Shown here: piece by piece, positions 1 through 13,464 of the stretch
Numbering within the stretch: position 1 is the stretch's first letter
Layout of the letters: the number at the start of each line of letters is the position of its first letter
DNA from: the human T2T-CHM13v2.0 reference genome, Homo sapiens
Assembly (NCBI RefSeq): GCF_009914755.1
Contig: NC_060928.1
DNA: 64,000 nucleotides
Strand: one strand, 5' to 3'
Translations under genes and position numbers: made by a program
The notes under the pieces: generated by a model
Database searches by the model: none
The model's input: only the letters and a program-made list of their open reading frames with translations
What the model was told of the DNA's origin: nothing

Positions 1-887
1 TGAGGCCTTAAAATGGCTGAGAGTTACAAGAACCCTTTCCTTCATAGCTTATAGATAAAATACCATGTTTGGGATCATAAGACCCCACCATTGTGGCTAC
101 AAATGATTGAATAGGGCTTTGTACCTGAGGCAAAGACATCCACTTTATAGGTAGGTTCTCTTTCTAGAAAAGTCTGAATTTGAGCCATATCAAAAGAGAG
201 TAGTTGGAAGAACTAGAATTTGAAAGATGCTAAGAAGCCACATGAGACACCAGTAAATGGACACCTTGAGGCAGAAGCTGGAAGTGAGCAAGACCAAGAG
301 GTCGAGCAGAAAGTAGAGAGAGTGGAAAGTCAGCAGTAGTAGTAGACATAGACTCCGTCTCTCAAAAGCAACAACAAAAGCAAAGGCACCAGAAAATCAA
401 TAACAAAACTTGTTGCTGAGACCTGGAATCATGTAATGCCCTGAACAAACTTCCAGATCTCCGCTGGGCAGGCTTTTCAACTGATGTTGACTTTCTGTGC
501 TTTTTAAATAGCTAAGTACCACTACAGTAAACACCCATCACCTTGGACAAGCAAGTCTTTGTTCTGAACAGTCTAGAAGAGCCTTCTATAGAACACCCAT
601 ACCTGAAATCGTTCTCTCGGTACCTCTATTTTTTTCTTGAGAGACAAATTTAGTCCTCTCTGTCTTGGCCCATAGCCTGTTAGTGAAATGCATACATTCT
701 CATGGCCTTTCATACTATCCAAACAGCAAATATCCTGGTAAATTTCTGAGACCTGTTTGCCTTCATCCTAACCTTGGCACCATATTGCTCAATACCATAT
801 TGTTTCAAAGTTCTGGCTCATCTCATGTTTCCTAATAGCCATATGTCAGCTTCATAACCTAATAGGTTACTCAAGACCATTTTCTCA

Positions 888-912
888 ACTTTTTTTTTTT
901 TTTTTTTTTTTT
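888..912. repeat. poly(T) tract
   Basis: Uninterrupted T run seen directly. Confidence 0.9.
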
Positions 913-1101
913 GCACACTGGAAAATAAGCAATATCCCAGCTTTATAGATGAGACCATTGAGGCGTGGACAGAATGAAGCCTGGCAAGAGTACTGTAGTT
1001 TAGAAGCAAAAGTGTAAATTAGAATTCCTGAGATGCCCCAGCTATTCTTATCTAGCCCTATGTGATTAAACCAAGATAAATGGACATACATTTTTCAAAA
1101 T

Positions 1102-1223
1102 AAGGAAGGAAGGAAGGAGAGAGAGATGAAGGGGGGAAAGGAGAGGGAGAGGCAGAGGGAGAGGAAGAGAAGAGGAAGAGGGAGAGGGAGGGGTAGGGGG
1201 AGAAGCAGAGGGAGAGGGAAAAA
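1102..1223. repeat. GA-rich low-complexity polypurine tract
   Basis: Almost pure G/A (ggaa, gagagg units). Confidence 0.9.
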
Positions 1224-1589
1224 CTATCTACCATTCTCAAAAGTGGGCAGTAACTGAAGCAGCAATTTAGCAAAATGATTGACTTCCTCCAAGGAGTCCT
1301 TTCAAAATTTTCAGAAAATGATAGATTCCAAGCACTCACCTGATGCATCAAGCTCCCTGGGCAGAAGCAAATATTTAATCTCATAATGGAAAGAATCTGA
1401 AGCCAGTGGGCTGCCCTGCTTTTTCACCTCTGAATCTTACTTTGTCAACAAAAATTATCTCTATTCAAGTGCTCCTGCGTGGGTTTCTCAATAACTTGAG
1501 AACCAAATAGGCAGAGACAAGTTTGTGCCCAAATAATTAAAACCCTAGAATGGAAGCATCTGGCAGAAAAGATTTAATCTTCAGAAAAA

Positions 1590-1745
1590 ATCATGAGATC
1601 AGTCTTATCCCCATTTTAGAGAAGAGTAAACCAAGTCTCAAAGAGACTAAATAAGTTGTTCATGACCCCCTAAGAAGGAGAAGATCAGAGCCTCAAGTCT
1701 CCATCATCTAACTCCTATTTCCACCCTTTGTCCACTGCTTCCTGA
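1590..1745 (-). mobile_element. MIR SINE fragment
   Basis: cccattttagagaagagtaaaccaagtctcaaagag core-like motif. Confidence 0.65.
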
Positions 1746-2119
1746 CACTGCCTCTTTATAGCCTGCTTTTTGGAGGAAACTAGTTGTTACCTACACTTCA
1801 GTTTTCAACCAGACGTAATTACTCTGTAAATCATAGTCTTAACCAAAATGGAAAAAAAACAATTATCCTGAGTTCACATAGGTATTGTGATGTGTTGAGC
1901 TTGACACAGTAATTTAACAATAATCAAGTAGCATCCAATCAGAAAATGGAACTGCACATTAATCTTCAAATAAATGTTACGTCACACACCCAGAAGCAAT
2001 TAAGATTACACACAAGAACCTCAAGTTGCTTGGAGTGAGTATCTCTCTTTTTTTTTTTTTTTTTTTTTGTATTTATCTCCTGTGTCCTCTTTTTTCTTTT
2101 TAGGTAGTAAAGCCACTTT

Positions 2120-2530
2120 TTCATGGGAGAAACACATTCCATTGTTGACCTTGAACTTCTTCACCTAGCCATTCAAATGATTACATTCTCCTATGCACAT
2201 GATCGGTTCAGGCATAAACTTTGACCCAAGCAAGGCTAATCAGAATCATCTCTGAAATTTTATATATGGACACATTTATAAATTATTAGCCAAAGGATGC
2301 AAGCTCTGGCCTTCCAGCAGCCATATTTTTAGGGCACATAAACCCCAATGAGGATAAAACAGATTATTAGAGATAAGCAAAGTGAAGTGATCAAGAGAAA
2401 AACAGAGTCCTGATTTGCACCCTAGATCAAGCCATATCTGATGTGAGTCCTGTCTTTGGACTGTCCAATAATAACAGCAAATATTATTCCCATTAAGTTG
2501 ATTTGGGTTACAAGGAACCAAAAGCATCCT
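2120..2530 (+). mobile_element. Old MaLR LTR (MLT1K/L-like)
   Basis: tgacccaagcaaggctaatcaga motif and gttacaaggaaccaaaagcatcct end; boundaries approximate. Confidence 0.5.
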
Positions 2531-2902
2531 ACCACAAACAATACCAAATTCCAGTATTTCTGCACAAACTGGTGAGTGGTTCATATGTTTCTGGCAGGCC
2601 AGAGAGCGACAATTAGAATGTGGGTATTGTAGGTTCAAATAGGGCAGACTCTGGAGTAAACTCACCCATTCGAGGCAGAGATATTTGGAGGAAGATATAG
2701 TGATCAAAGTAATGAGAACTGGTTAGGAGGAACGCTTAAACATTTTAAATTAACATTTCTTGGAATTTTTTGGAGATGATTAATGTAAAACACATTTATT
2801 GGAATAAAGTTGGAAAATATAGAGAAACATAAGGAAGGAGTAACATATCCTGAAGTAAACACCACTAATATTTTGATATACATATGAATGAGTAGGATCT
2901 AG

Positions 2903-3107
2903 TAGGAACTGGCAAACTTTGGCTGCAAAGATCCAGAGAGGGAACATTGTAGACTCTGTGAACCATATGGTCTCTAATGCAACCTACCATTGCAGGGAGA
3001 ACACAGCCATAAATAATACAAAAAGGAATGGGTGTGATTGTGTTCCAATAAAACTTTATTTACAAAAGCAGATGGTGGGCCAGATTTGGCCATAGTCGGC
3101 CGACCCT
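2903..3107 (+). mobile_element. MER58A-like hAT-Charlie MITE
   Basis: ggcaaactttggctgcaaag start, tgtgttccaataaaactttatttacaaaa core, gggccagatttggcc...gccgaccc end. Confidence 0.8.
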
Positions 3108-4234
3108 CCTCATTAGAATTAGCTGCTCTAACAGAAACTCAAAATGGCAGCAACATAAACAAACAAGAAGCACACTCCCCTCTCAGGAACAGATTGGGCA
3201 TAAATACAGTTATGCATTGCTTAGTAACGGGTTTATGTTCTGAGAAATGTGTCATTAGGGGAGTTTGTTATTGTGAGAACATCATAGAGTGTACTTATAT
3301 ACTAGTGTACAAACCTAGATGGTGTAGCCTACTGCACACCTAGGCTATATGGTGTGGCCTATTGCTCCCAGAATACAAACCTGGACAGCATGTGACTGTA
3401 CTTAATACTACAGGCAACCAGAGCACAATGGGAAGCATTTGTGTATCTAAGCATACCAAAACATAGAAAGGTACAGCAAAAATATGGTATAAAATATTTT
3501 TTAAAAATAGTACATCTGTATAGAACACTTACTATAAATGGAGCTTGCAGGACCGCAAGTTGTTCTGGGTGAGTCTGAATAGGTGGTGAGTGGATGCGAA
3601 GGCCTAGGACATTACCATCTATACTATATGCTGTAGACTTTATAAACACTGTACACTTAGGCTACACTAAATTTATAAAGAATTTTTTTTCTTTCTTCAA
3701 CAATATATTAACCTTAGCTTACTATATATAATTTTTTACTTTATAAACTTTTTAATGTTTAAAAAACTTTTTGACTCATAATAACACAGCTTAAAATACA
3801 CATCGTACAGCTATACAAAAATATTTTCTTTCTTTATACCCTTATTCTATAAGCTATTTTCTATTTTTAACATTTTTATTTCTTTCTTTAAACTGTTAAA
3901 CTTTGTTGTTAAAAACGAAGACACAAACACACACATTAGCCTGTGCCTCCACAGGGTCAGGGTCATCAATATCACTATCTTCACCCTCCACATCTTGTTC
4001 CACTGGAAGGTCTTCAGGGGCATGGAGCTGTCATCTCCTAGGATAACAGTAGTCTTCTGTACTTCCAGAAGTACCTTCCTGAGGCTGTTTTACAGTTAAC
4101 TTTTTTTTAAATAAGTAGAAGGAATACATTCTAAAATAACAATAAAAAGTATAGTAAATACATGAACCAGTAACATAGTCATTTATTATTATCATGTTTT
4201 ATGTACTGTACATAATTGTATGTGCTAGATTTTT

Positions 4235-4583
4235 TATTTCCATAGGTTATTGGGGAACAGGTGATGTTTGGTTATAGGAATATGTTCCTTGGTGGCGATT
4301 TGTGAGATTATGGGACACCCATCAGCCGAGCAGTATACCCTGCACACTATTTGTAGTCTTTTATACCTCACCCCTTTCCCACCCTGTCCCCCTGAGTCCC
4401 CAAAGTCCATTGTGTCATTCTTATGCCTTTGCATCCTCATAGCTTAGCTCCCACTTATGAGTGAGAACATGCAATGCTTGGTTTTCCATTCCTGAGTTAC
4501 TTCACTTAGAATAATAATCTCCAGTCTCATCCAGGTCGCTGTGAATGCCATTAACTCATTCCTTTTTATGGCTGAGTAGTATT

Positions 4584-4635
<52 letters not shown>

Positions 4636-4904
4636 AGTTTCTTTATCCACTCGTTGATTAATGGGCAGTTGGGTTGGTTCCATGTTTTTTCAATTGTGAA
4701 TTGTGCTGCTATAAACATGAGTGTGCAAGCATCTTTTTCATATAATGACTTCTTTCCCTCTGGGTAGATACCCAGTAGTGAAATTGCTGGATCAAATGGC
4801 AGTTCTACTTCTAGTTCTTTAAGGAATCTCCACACTTTTTTCCATAGTGATTATACTAGTTTACAGTCCCACAAGTGGTGTAGAAGTGTTCCGTTTACCG
4901 CATC
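4235..4904 (-). mobile_element. 5'-truncated L1PB1-like LINE-1 3' end
   Basis: ORF2 C-terminal remnants (WRFLKELEVELPFDPAI; MEYYSAIKRNELM), L1PB-type 3' UTR; TSD tgtatgtgctagattttt (4217-4234) / tgtatgtgttatattttt (4905-4922). Confidence 0.9.
4588..4632. repeat. (TA)n microsatellite inside the L1PB
   Basis: About 22 perfect AT units. Confidence 0.95.
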
Positions 4905-5088
4905 TGTATGTGTTATATTTTTATATGCCTGGCAGCATAATAGGTCTGTTTACATCAGCATTACCACAAACACGTGAGTAATGCATCGTGCTATGATGTT
5001 GATTTTTCAGCTTCACATAATCTTATGGGACCACGTCCCATATGCAGTTCATCATTGACCGAATGTCCTTATGTGGCACACGACTGTA

Positions 5089-5410
5089 GTTCAGGACTGC
5101 TATGGCAACAGCAATGTGTCAGAGGCCCGGACACTTTCTATCCTATTCTGCCACCCCTAAGATGTTGTCTTCGGGCACATGGTCTGAGATGACTGACTAC
5201 CATGTCCACAATCCAGCCAGTAGGAAGGGAAAAAGGGGGAAGGGAAAAGGGGAGAGGAAAGACACATCTCTTCCCTTTAAGGACACCAGTCAGGAATTGC
5301 AGTCATCCCTCTTGCTCACATCCTATTGGCCAGAACTTAGTCATCTGGCCACACCTAGCTGCAAGGGTGGCTGGGAAATGTAGGCTATATTCTGAGCAAC
5401 ATGTGGGTAG
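5089..5410 (-). mobile_element. MLT1J-like MaLR LTR (its other part lies at ~3113-3204, split by Tigger3b)
   Basis: ctcacatcctattggccagaacttagtcatctggccacacctagctgcaagggtggctgggaaatgtag hallmark. Confidence 0.7.
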
Positions 5411-5687
5411 CTGCTGAAGGCTATGGAGCCCCTCATGGGGCACCCTGTGATGTAGGCAGTGAAGTCCCCTCTCCACCACACATACTTTTATAGGAAGTGG
5501 ATGGAGCCAGCCTGGGAGTGCAAAGGTTGATTTTTCTACACTACTGACTGAGGAATGTTTTTATGTATCCTGTAATCTCTGAGTAAAAGGCTGTTTAACC
5601 TTTCTTGGAAGGCAGGTTTCACATGTAATTCCTTTGGAGAAAGCAGCCAAAAAGATATCTGGAACAGGGAGAAAAATGGCCCTCTTG

Positions 5688-6001
<314 letters not shown>

Positions 6002-6454
6002 TTACCAGCAGGCACCCTCATGGCGGATTATAGGATGCCTGAGGATTCCACCCATAAGAACAATGCAGCTGGAGAGGCAGCATAACAGCTCCTCCACATG
6101 CTCTCTCCAGGTGTGCGGATGGGGATACACCTCTCCTCTATGGTGTCTGTCACACACAATGTGTATGGATATAGATGTATCACTGCCTGTGTGCTCCAAC
6201 CTTACATCTAGATTTTAAAGCCCTTAAGAATTGCTTTAAAAAAAAAATCCATCTTTGCATTCCTGAAGGAGCAAACACCAGCCTTTCCAGATGTATTCAA
6301 TTCCTTGAATGGAAAAGATCAAGCACTTTAAAAAGTCTGCACTTTTTAAAGAAACACCTATTTAGTGCCAGGCACTAGGGATTTGGGATACAAAGATGAA
6401 AATTGGTAGTCCCTGCCTCTTATGGAGGCTTTTAGCCTAGGAAGGAGACAGACA

Positions 6455-6905
6455 CTGCTGAAGACATCTGTTGTTTTTTGGCTTCCCGCCCCCAACCCCA
6501 ACTTCCTCCTAGCCCATCACTCCCCTTTTCGGGGAATCCCCCATTGTGTATTTTGAGGTGGGTAGCCTGTCTCCCACTACAGTAGCCAAAAGAGACAGAT
6601 ACTCCTCTCTCTTTCCCTTTTCCATTTCTGGTACGGCACAGGTGGGCATATGACTAGGCTTAGCCAATCAGATGCTTTCCTGGGACGTGGACTCTTGAAA
6701 GTGCTGTAAGAAACTTGGCTCTAGCTGTAGGTTATAGTCATTATGATACTGGTGGCAGGTCAAACTAATGCCCTGCTCATTTTCCAAACTTGTTCTGCAG
6801 CCTTTCTTTGATTTTGAGAACCTCTAATATCATCCCAATATATTCATTTATTTCCCTCAAGGCGGCCAGCATTGGTTCTGTGGGTTGTGGTCAACAACCA
6901 AATTC
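6455..6905 (+). mobile_element. Old ERVL LTR (LTR33-like)
   Basis: gggcatatgactaggcttagccaatcagatgc and ccagcattggttctgtgggttg motifs; boundaries approximate. Confidence 0.5.
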
Positions 6906-8559
6906 CCTCCTAATGCAAAAATGATCATCTACTTAGGTGCTTTTGAATGCAAAGGTAAGAAGTCTACTCCAGTTACATCAAATAAGTTGAGTTTATTGTA
7001 GGAACACAGAGAACCATATGGACAGTGGAAAAGCCTAAGAATTTAAGGCCAGCTGCCATTACAGGAGAGTCTTCATGAACTTCATGGACTGAGCTTAAAA
7101 GGTCATTACGCCTTAAAGGACAACTCTATCCCAGTCACACAGGGATGTGTGGTGCCCCTAGTCTTGATGAAGGATTCAGCCGACCACACACGTCACTCTG
7201 AAGCTGAGATAGCACTGAGAATTTCAGCCAGTCATTGGATATGGGCTTCCCTGGGAAGGGTGCATGATCTTGGGTGGGGTGACTTTCTTTAAAAGAGATG
7301 CTTCCTGAAGACAGCTGGCAACTGAGGGCTGTCTGTTGGCAGCACTCCCAGTGGCACAGAGAAGAAATCTATCATTCCTGAAGAGGAATCCGGGCAGCAC
7401 ATCACAGCATCTGCTACATCAGATCTTTCTGTATTTCATGACCTTTCAGCTTCCGTTGCTGCTGCTCATTGCTAAAGTCTTTCCCAATTCAAATCACTGA
7501 CAGTGAGAATCTGATCTGACCTAGTCCACATCAAAGGTCACCAACCATATGGAGATTGGCTCTCCTTGGCTATGGTTGGGTAGCAGGATCATGTGGTAGA
7601 AATGCACTCTCTCCCAGCCTCACCAGTTTGACAGGGTCTGTGGGCAGAGCTGGAGGAAAATCTTTTGGTAGGCATCAGGCATGATGGCATGTCTTGCCCA
7701 TATACCAATAAACAATTGTAATGTGGTACAGAGGATGGAGTATATAAGTATGTAAGATGGAGTATATCAGCATAAAGTGGGTGGAGTAAATATATAAGTA
7801 CAGTTTGTATAGGGAACAAAACACCTAAATCTACCTATTAGATCCCAGGAAGGTTCCCCATAGACTTGAACTAGGACTTGAAAGATGAGCTAGGAATAGG
7901 GTTTTGCCCAGCAGGTAAGTAGAGTAAGACACTCCAAGTAGAGGGAAACATATGTACACAGAGACATGAGATAAATCATTGTGGCCCTAAAGAGGTTGGC
8001 CTCCCAGCCACCCCATGTACTCACTGCCTCTTAACCAGATGCCTGAGAGGCATTTTTGGCAGCTGCTCAGAGGGAAACATGCCACCCATTGATTCATCTG
8101 GGGCACTCCCTGCTCCCACCTTTCATGAGCTGGTGTCAGTGGGTTCTCTGGGCCAAGTTATGCCCCACCCTGATCCTGTTTGACTTGTGTGCTCTGCCAG
8201 GATCCCTGCAAGAGATGGCATGGCCTGGGGCCCCTGCTGCCTTTCAGATAACAGCAGCAGCCAGGCCAAGGCAAATACTAGTCCCTCCTCATATAGGTGA
8301 GGCTCCCACTGATGTCAGCTGGGCCTTGGGAAGGCAGGAAGCAGGTGGGTTTAGTTGCCAACTTGGCTCTGGAAGGCAGCTCTGTTGTTCCTATTTCTTC
8401 ATACTAAAAATGGAAGGATTCCCAGAAGAGGTGTGGAGGTTCTACCTATGGCCTCCAGGGGCACTGAAAGTTTGCTGACTTTTAAAGCACACACAAATGT
8501 GACAATGAATAACACCTACAACAAAGAAAAAGACATCACCATCAGCAAGTTTGCAAGAT

Positions 8560-8790
8560 AATAATAATGGCAAACATTTATTGAGCACTTTCTATGTGCC
8601 AAGCAGTAGTTTACAGGAATTAAATTATATAGCCATCACAAAAACCCTGCAAGATAGACCCTCTGATTATCCCTATTTGACACATTAAGAAATAGAGGAA
8701 CAGAAGAAATGAAGTAGCTATGCCCCAAATCCCACACTTTGTAAATGGATTTGAGCTCAATCCCCTCCTTCTCAATCACTATACAGTATG
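8560..8790 (-). mobile_element. MIR
   Basis: aacatttattgagcactttctatgtgcca ... ggatttgagctc pattern. Confidence 0.7.
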
Positions 8791-8861
8791 ATATACAATA
8801 TACACTATTCCAAATTAGCCTATATTCTGATGACTAAACGGGCATCTTATGAGATGATGTC

Positions 8862-9224
8862 TGATATGGTTTGGCTGTGTCCCCACCCAAATCTCATCTT
8901 GAATTGTAGCTCCCACAATTCCTACATGTTGTGAAAGGGATCTGGTGAGAGATAATAGAATCATGGGGGTGGTTTCCCCCATATTGTTCTTATGGTAGTG
9001 AATAAGTTTCACAAGATCTGATGGTTTTATAAGAGGTTCTCCCTTTTGCTTGGCTCTCATTTTCTCTCTTGTCTGCCGCCATGTAAGATGTGCCTTTCAC
9101 CTTCTGCCATGATTGTAAGGCCTCCCCAGCTACGTGGAACTATGAGTCCATTAAACTTCTTTTTCATTGTAAATTACCCAGTCGTGGGTATGTCTTTATC
9201 AGCAGATGAAAGTAGACTAATACA
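8862..9224 (+). mobile_element. THE1B/C solo LTR (MaLR)
   Basis: tgatatggtttggctgtgtccccaccc ... attaaa ... gactaataca; perfect 5-bp TSD atgtc (8857-8861, 9225-9229). Confidence 0.95.
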
Positions 9225-10027
9225 ATGTCTGAAAATGCTCAACAATTTATTAATACAAATTCTTTCACTTACATTGTCTCACTTCATCTTCATATTAGTT
9301 CAATGAGGGAGTCAAGGCAAATGATGTCATTCCCATTTTACAGATAAGAAAATGGAGGCTCAGAGAAGTAAATTAATAATCAGTAAGTGGCCAGCTTAGC
9401 ACCTCAAATAGGTGTTCTGTTTCCCAGCCCAGTGATTTTTCCATCCTACCCTGCCGTGAATCATTTCAAAGGAGCCTAAGAGTATCTGTATCCAAAAATA
9501 TGTCCTTAAATATGTGGACCCTAAAAGTACTTCAAAGTGACTACACATTGGTGTTGTACATCTATTTCATATAGTGGATATTTTCTAAAGCATGAACATT
9601 AAGTAAAATTGGAGTAAAGTTGAGTGGAAAGAGCTCTGAGCTGCAAGTCAAGAGTCCTGGGTTCTCATCTTTGCTCCATCCTGCATGCCAAATAACCTTA
9701 ACTAATAACTTACTTTGGGGGACCTCATTTTTCTCATCTGAAAAACCAATGAGTTTTTATGAACTTACTGTCCCTTACAACTCTTAAATTATAGATATGA
9801 TGATGCTATTGTAAGACGGGGTTACCTATCAATCTCCAAATCCACCTAGTTTACAGTTGAAGACTTTCAGCAACCAGCATCTGTATAATGGCAACCCGGC
9901 CTGTTCATTCCTGGGTGTTCCCTATCTAGCCTCCAGACAGCAGACTCAAGATGGTCTATCTAGGATGGAGGTGGACATCACCTGAATTTTTTTTTTATTT
10001 CTTTAATATTGATGGCAGAGAGATTAA

Positions 10028-10331
<304 letters not shown>

Positions 10332-11039
10332 TCAGAGGGATTATTTTTAAAGAATCAAAGCAAATCAAGAGGTGGTACCTACCTAAATACATACACCCGC
10401 ACCTTCTTGAACAGGCAAGTTAGGCCAGCACATAGTTCACCTCGATAGATACAACACAGGAGTTGAGTGCTCACTGCCCATCCTCCTCCCCAAGGAGTGG
10501 TTACATCTTCTCACTATGAGTAATTAAGGACAGGCCTCAGTTTTGGTCCATTTTTGAATCATTCTCTTACTTGAACTCCAAATTTGTCTGCTTGGGTTTG
10601 TCAGCTTCTGTGGGCAGGGACGTCTTGAGAAGCATGCCGGCTGCAGCCGCTCCTCAGGTCTCCCCTGCCTGGTCTCAGTCCTTATTTTTTCAAGCTTCAC
10701 GTCCTCTACTGAAGCTGCAGCAACCGAGTCCTGCCACTTTTCCTGTTCTCTTTCTCACTCATTTTCTCTCTGTATTTCCACATTCACGACTCCCATTACT
10801 CTCCCCGTAACACCACAGTGTTTCCTAAACTTCAATGATCTACTCCTTTTTCTATGAGAAGAAAAAAATTCTGTGCACTCCTTTACCACCGTCACTCTGT
10901 GAGAGTTGACGTGAATTATGTTTCTTTTTATCTCATCACCTGAAAATGTACAAATATAAACCAGGTTTTTAAAAATCCTTAGGTTTACAGCTCTCACATG
11001 ATTTTTAAAAATGAATCTTACAAATAGAGTACAAGCAAC

Positions 11040-11400
11040 ACTACAAAATCCTCATTAATTTAATGTGTTAATTTAATGTGGCAGATGATGCTGTTTGAAA
11101 CTGCTAAAATTACATTTCGGCGTGGAATGTGACTGTGGCATGGGCCACGATGGCTTGGGATCTTCTAAGCTTAGCATGCCTGTGCCATCATGTACCACGT
11201 GAGGATTGATTCTCCCATCTTTTTCTGCCATCCAAGCTACGGTCTAGTCTTCATTTGTGCAACATGCCAACTGGCCTCAGCTTATCAGAAACGCATCATT
11301 TACATATCGAGGCTCCCTGCGTTCTTTTCTCATTAGCCTGTGATAATTTAGGTTGAGTGCCATTGTGATAAAAACACAGCACAGGCGGCGGAAGCTGTGG
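11040..11400. promoter_or_regulatory. Candidate enhancer-like unique sequence
   Basis: No repeat recognised; tandem TTAATTTAATGTG x2, CAGATG and CACGTG E-boxes, ATTTACAT, CATTGTG, several retained CpGs. Confidence 0.35.
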
Positions 11401-11592
11401 CACTAGTAGGTTACTAGGTTACAAGGTGGTTGCCATGTTTTTCAAACTGGGTCACATCCCTATGCAGTCACATCCCTGCATCATGAGATCAATTTAGTAA
11501 GCTGTTACAAGCAATTTTTTAAAAAATGTTACAGAAAAGAGAAAATATCAAGTATTACGTGGTGTCAGAATAAGTATTCAGAAAATTGTTTT

Positions 11593-11623
11593 ACACACAC
11601 ACACACAGACACACACACTCACA
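11593..11623. repeat. Imperfect (CA)n microsatellite
   Basis: Seen directly. Confidence 0.85.
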
Positions 11624-11679
11624 TAACCAATCCAAACAGATGCCAGTATTGCTTCTGGGGAAGGTCCGTGGAAGCCCAC

Positions 11680-12036
11680 TGAAATAGGCTAAATAGTGAC
11701 CCCAAAAGATATCAGGTCCTAATCCCTGGAACCTGCAAATGTTGCTTTATAAGCAAAAAGTGTCTTTGCAGATATGATTAAAGTAAGGACAATGAGATGG
11801 ATAGATTTTCCTGGATTATCCATGTGGGCCCTAAATGTAATCACAGGTATCCTTATAAGAGAAAGACAGAGGGAGATTTGATCAAGACAGAATGGTGGCC
11901 CTGTTGACTCCTTGGTTTTGACCCAGTGAAACTGACTTCAGACTTGCGGCTTCCCAAGCTGGGAGAGAATGAATTCTGTTTTTGAAACCACCCCATTTGT
12001 GGTTGTTTGTTACAGCAGCCACAGGAAACCAATAGA
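11680..12036 (+). mobile_element. MLT1D-like LTR, internally deleted
   Basis: caaaagatatcaggtcctaatccctggaacctg ... tttgttacagcagccacaggaaaccaata. Confidence 0.8.
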
Positions 12037-12589
12037 TCCCACCTCTCCCCTCACCGCCACTGGTGGGTGCTTTCGGGGGTAGTTGAAGGCAATCCCCGAG
12101 GAAGTACCAAGACTATTAGCGGGGTAGGGTGGTGACACGTAGGCTCAGAGCCATTTCTCAAGTGGTTTGGAGTATTATAGTATTTTCACAACTGGTACAC
12201 CTGGACTGGTCTAGACTGGCTGTCTGTCAGTTCTATTTGTGCATGGACATCAGTGATGGAAACTGGGCCACTGTGTAAGATGGATTCCTTCTGTGGGTGG
12301 CTGCCAAAAAAAAAAAGTTTGAAGGTCTCTAATTCATATGACCCAGTCTATGCTTAGACTGACTAACTATTTTTTTAGGTCACCATCCATATGAAAACAC
12401 AAAATTTAAATATTCTCACAGAGACTCTGTGGACTCCAAGATTCACCTGCAGGCACTCAAGGACCCTTGGGCCCCACTTTAAGAAACTCAGTAAGAACCC
12501 TCTTCCCCCAGCATCAGACAATTATTGTATCTCTTGGACCTTGAGCCTAATTAGGGTGGGCTCAGCCACCCCCAGGTGTGCCCACCTGA

Positions 12590-12662
12590 GCTCCCTTCCA
12601 GAGCTGCTCATGGCACCTGCTCCTCCCAGAGCTGCTCATGGCACCTGCTCCTTCCAGAGCTG
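12590..12662. repeat. 28-bp minisatellite, ~2.6 copies
   Basis: Unit gctccYYccagagctgctcatggcacct. Confidence 0.9.
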
Positions 12663-13464
12663 TCTGCCCAGGAGTGTGGGTTTGAGGCTTCTGGGAGGCC
12701 CCACCCTTGGCTGTGGAAGCTGGGAGCCACTGGGACCACCTGCCCTCCCGCTGCACTGTACCTCTCTCTCTGCCCCAGGACTCATATACCCTTTTCTTCC
12801 AGGAAACCCCTGGGTCTTCGCTGGCCATAGCCTCAGAGGACTGACTTAGCCCTACAGTCTAAAAGTAAAGATTTGGAGCAAAAACTGCTTCAAAAACAAA
12901 ACAAAACAAAACCACTGTCACTGGGGTGTAACCAACTTCTTTCTCTGGGGCCTCTTTTCTGTTACTCTTTACTTCTCAACCCCCCCACCCCACATCCCAG
13001 CCCTGATGCAAGAGGGGGCAGGGTCCTTACCTAACAACCAGAAAGCCCGTGTCTGTGCTTCTAAATCCCTAAGGCCCTGCTCCATCATAGGTGGGTTTTC
13101 GTACTGTTATTGGTAGCTCTGCCTCCCTTTGTGGCAGAAAAGCCAAGAGCCACCTCCCTTTGGGTTCCATGAGCCTTCCTACGTCTTTCCCAAACCAGGT
13201 CACACCTGAGCTTCAGCTCCACCTTGAGGCCACCAGAGGTGCCTGCCCTGAGGTGAAACCTCGGTGTGACCCAGGCAGGTGTCCTCTCTGGCCAAACCAT
13301 TTCCTTGCACATGCACCAGTCAACTGTCATAGCAATAGCCATCATCTGAGACAGCCCTTTACATACTGTTTTCACGTATGTCTGCTCATTGGACCCTCAT
13401 CTTGACTTTGGGAATTCGTTGTGTTTCCATCACCCCAGTTTACAGATAAAAAACTGAGACTCAA

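Larger units (their letters stand above)
3207..5086 (+). mobile_element. Tigger3b (MER7B/Golem) TcMar DNA transposon, interrupted by an L1PB
   Basis: TIRs cagttatgcattgcttagtaacg and tgtccttatgtggcacacgactg; TA target duplication at 3205-3206 and 5087-5088. Confidence 0.9.

Noticed and set aside
350-385. agactccgtctc followed by an A-rich run as a tiny Alu remnant
   Set aside because: Plausible but only ~12 nt match and no TSD found.
7905-7920. Isolated perfect donor CAG|GTAAGT (another near 23535)
   Set aside because: Both lie in L2-like relics with no convincing upstream acceptor; such motifs are expected by chance.
12590-12662. CRISPR-like array (also considered for 51493 and 57287 repeats)
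   Set aside because: Head-to-tail units without unique spacers, in primate DNA with no cas genes.
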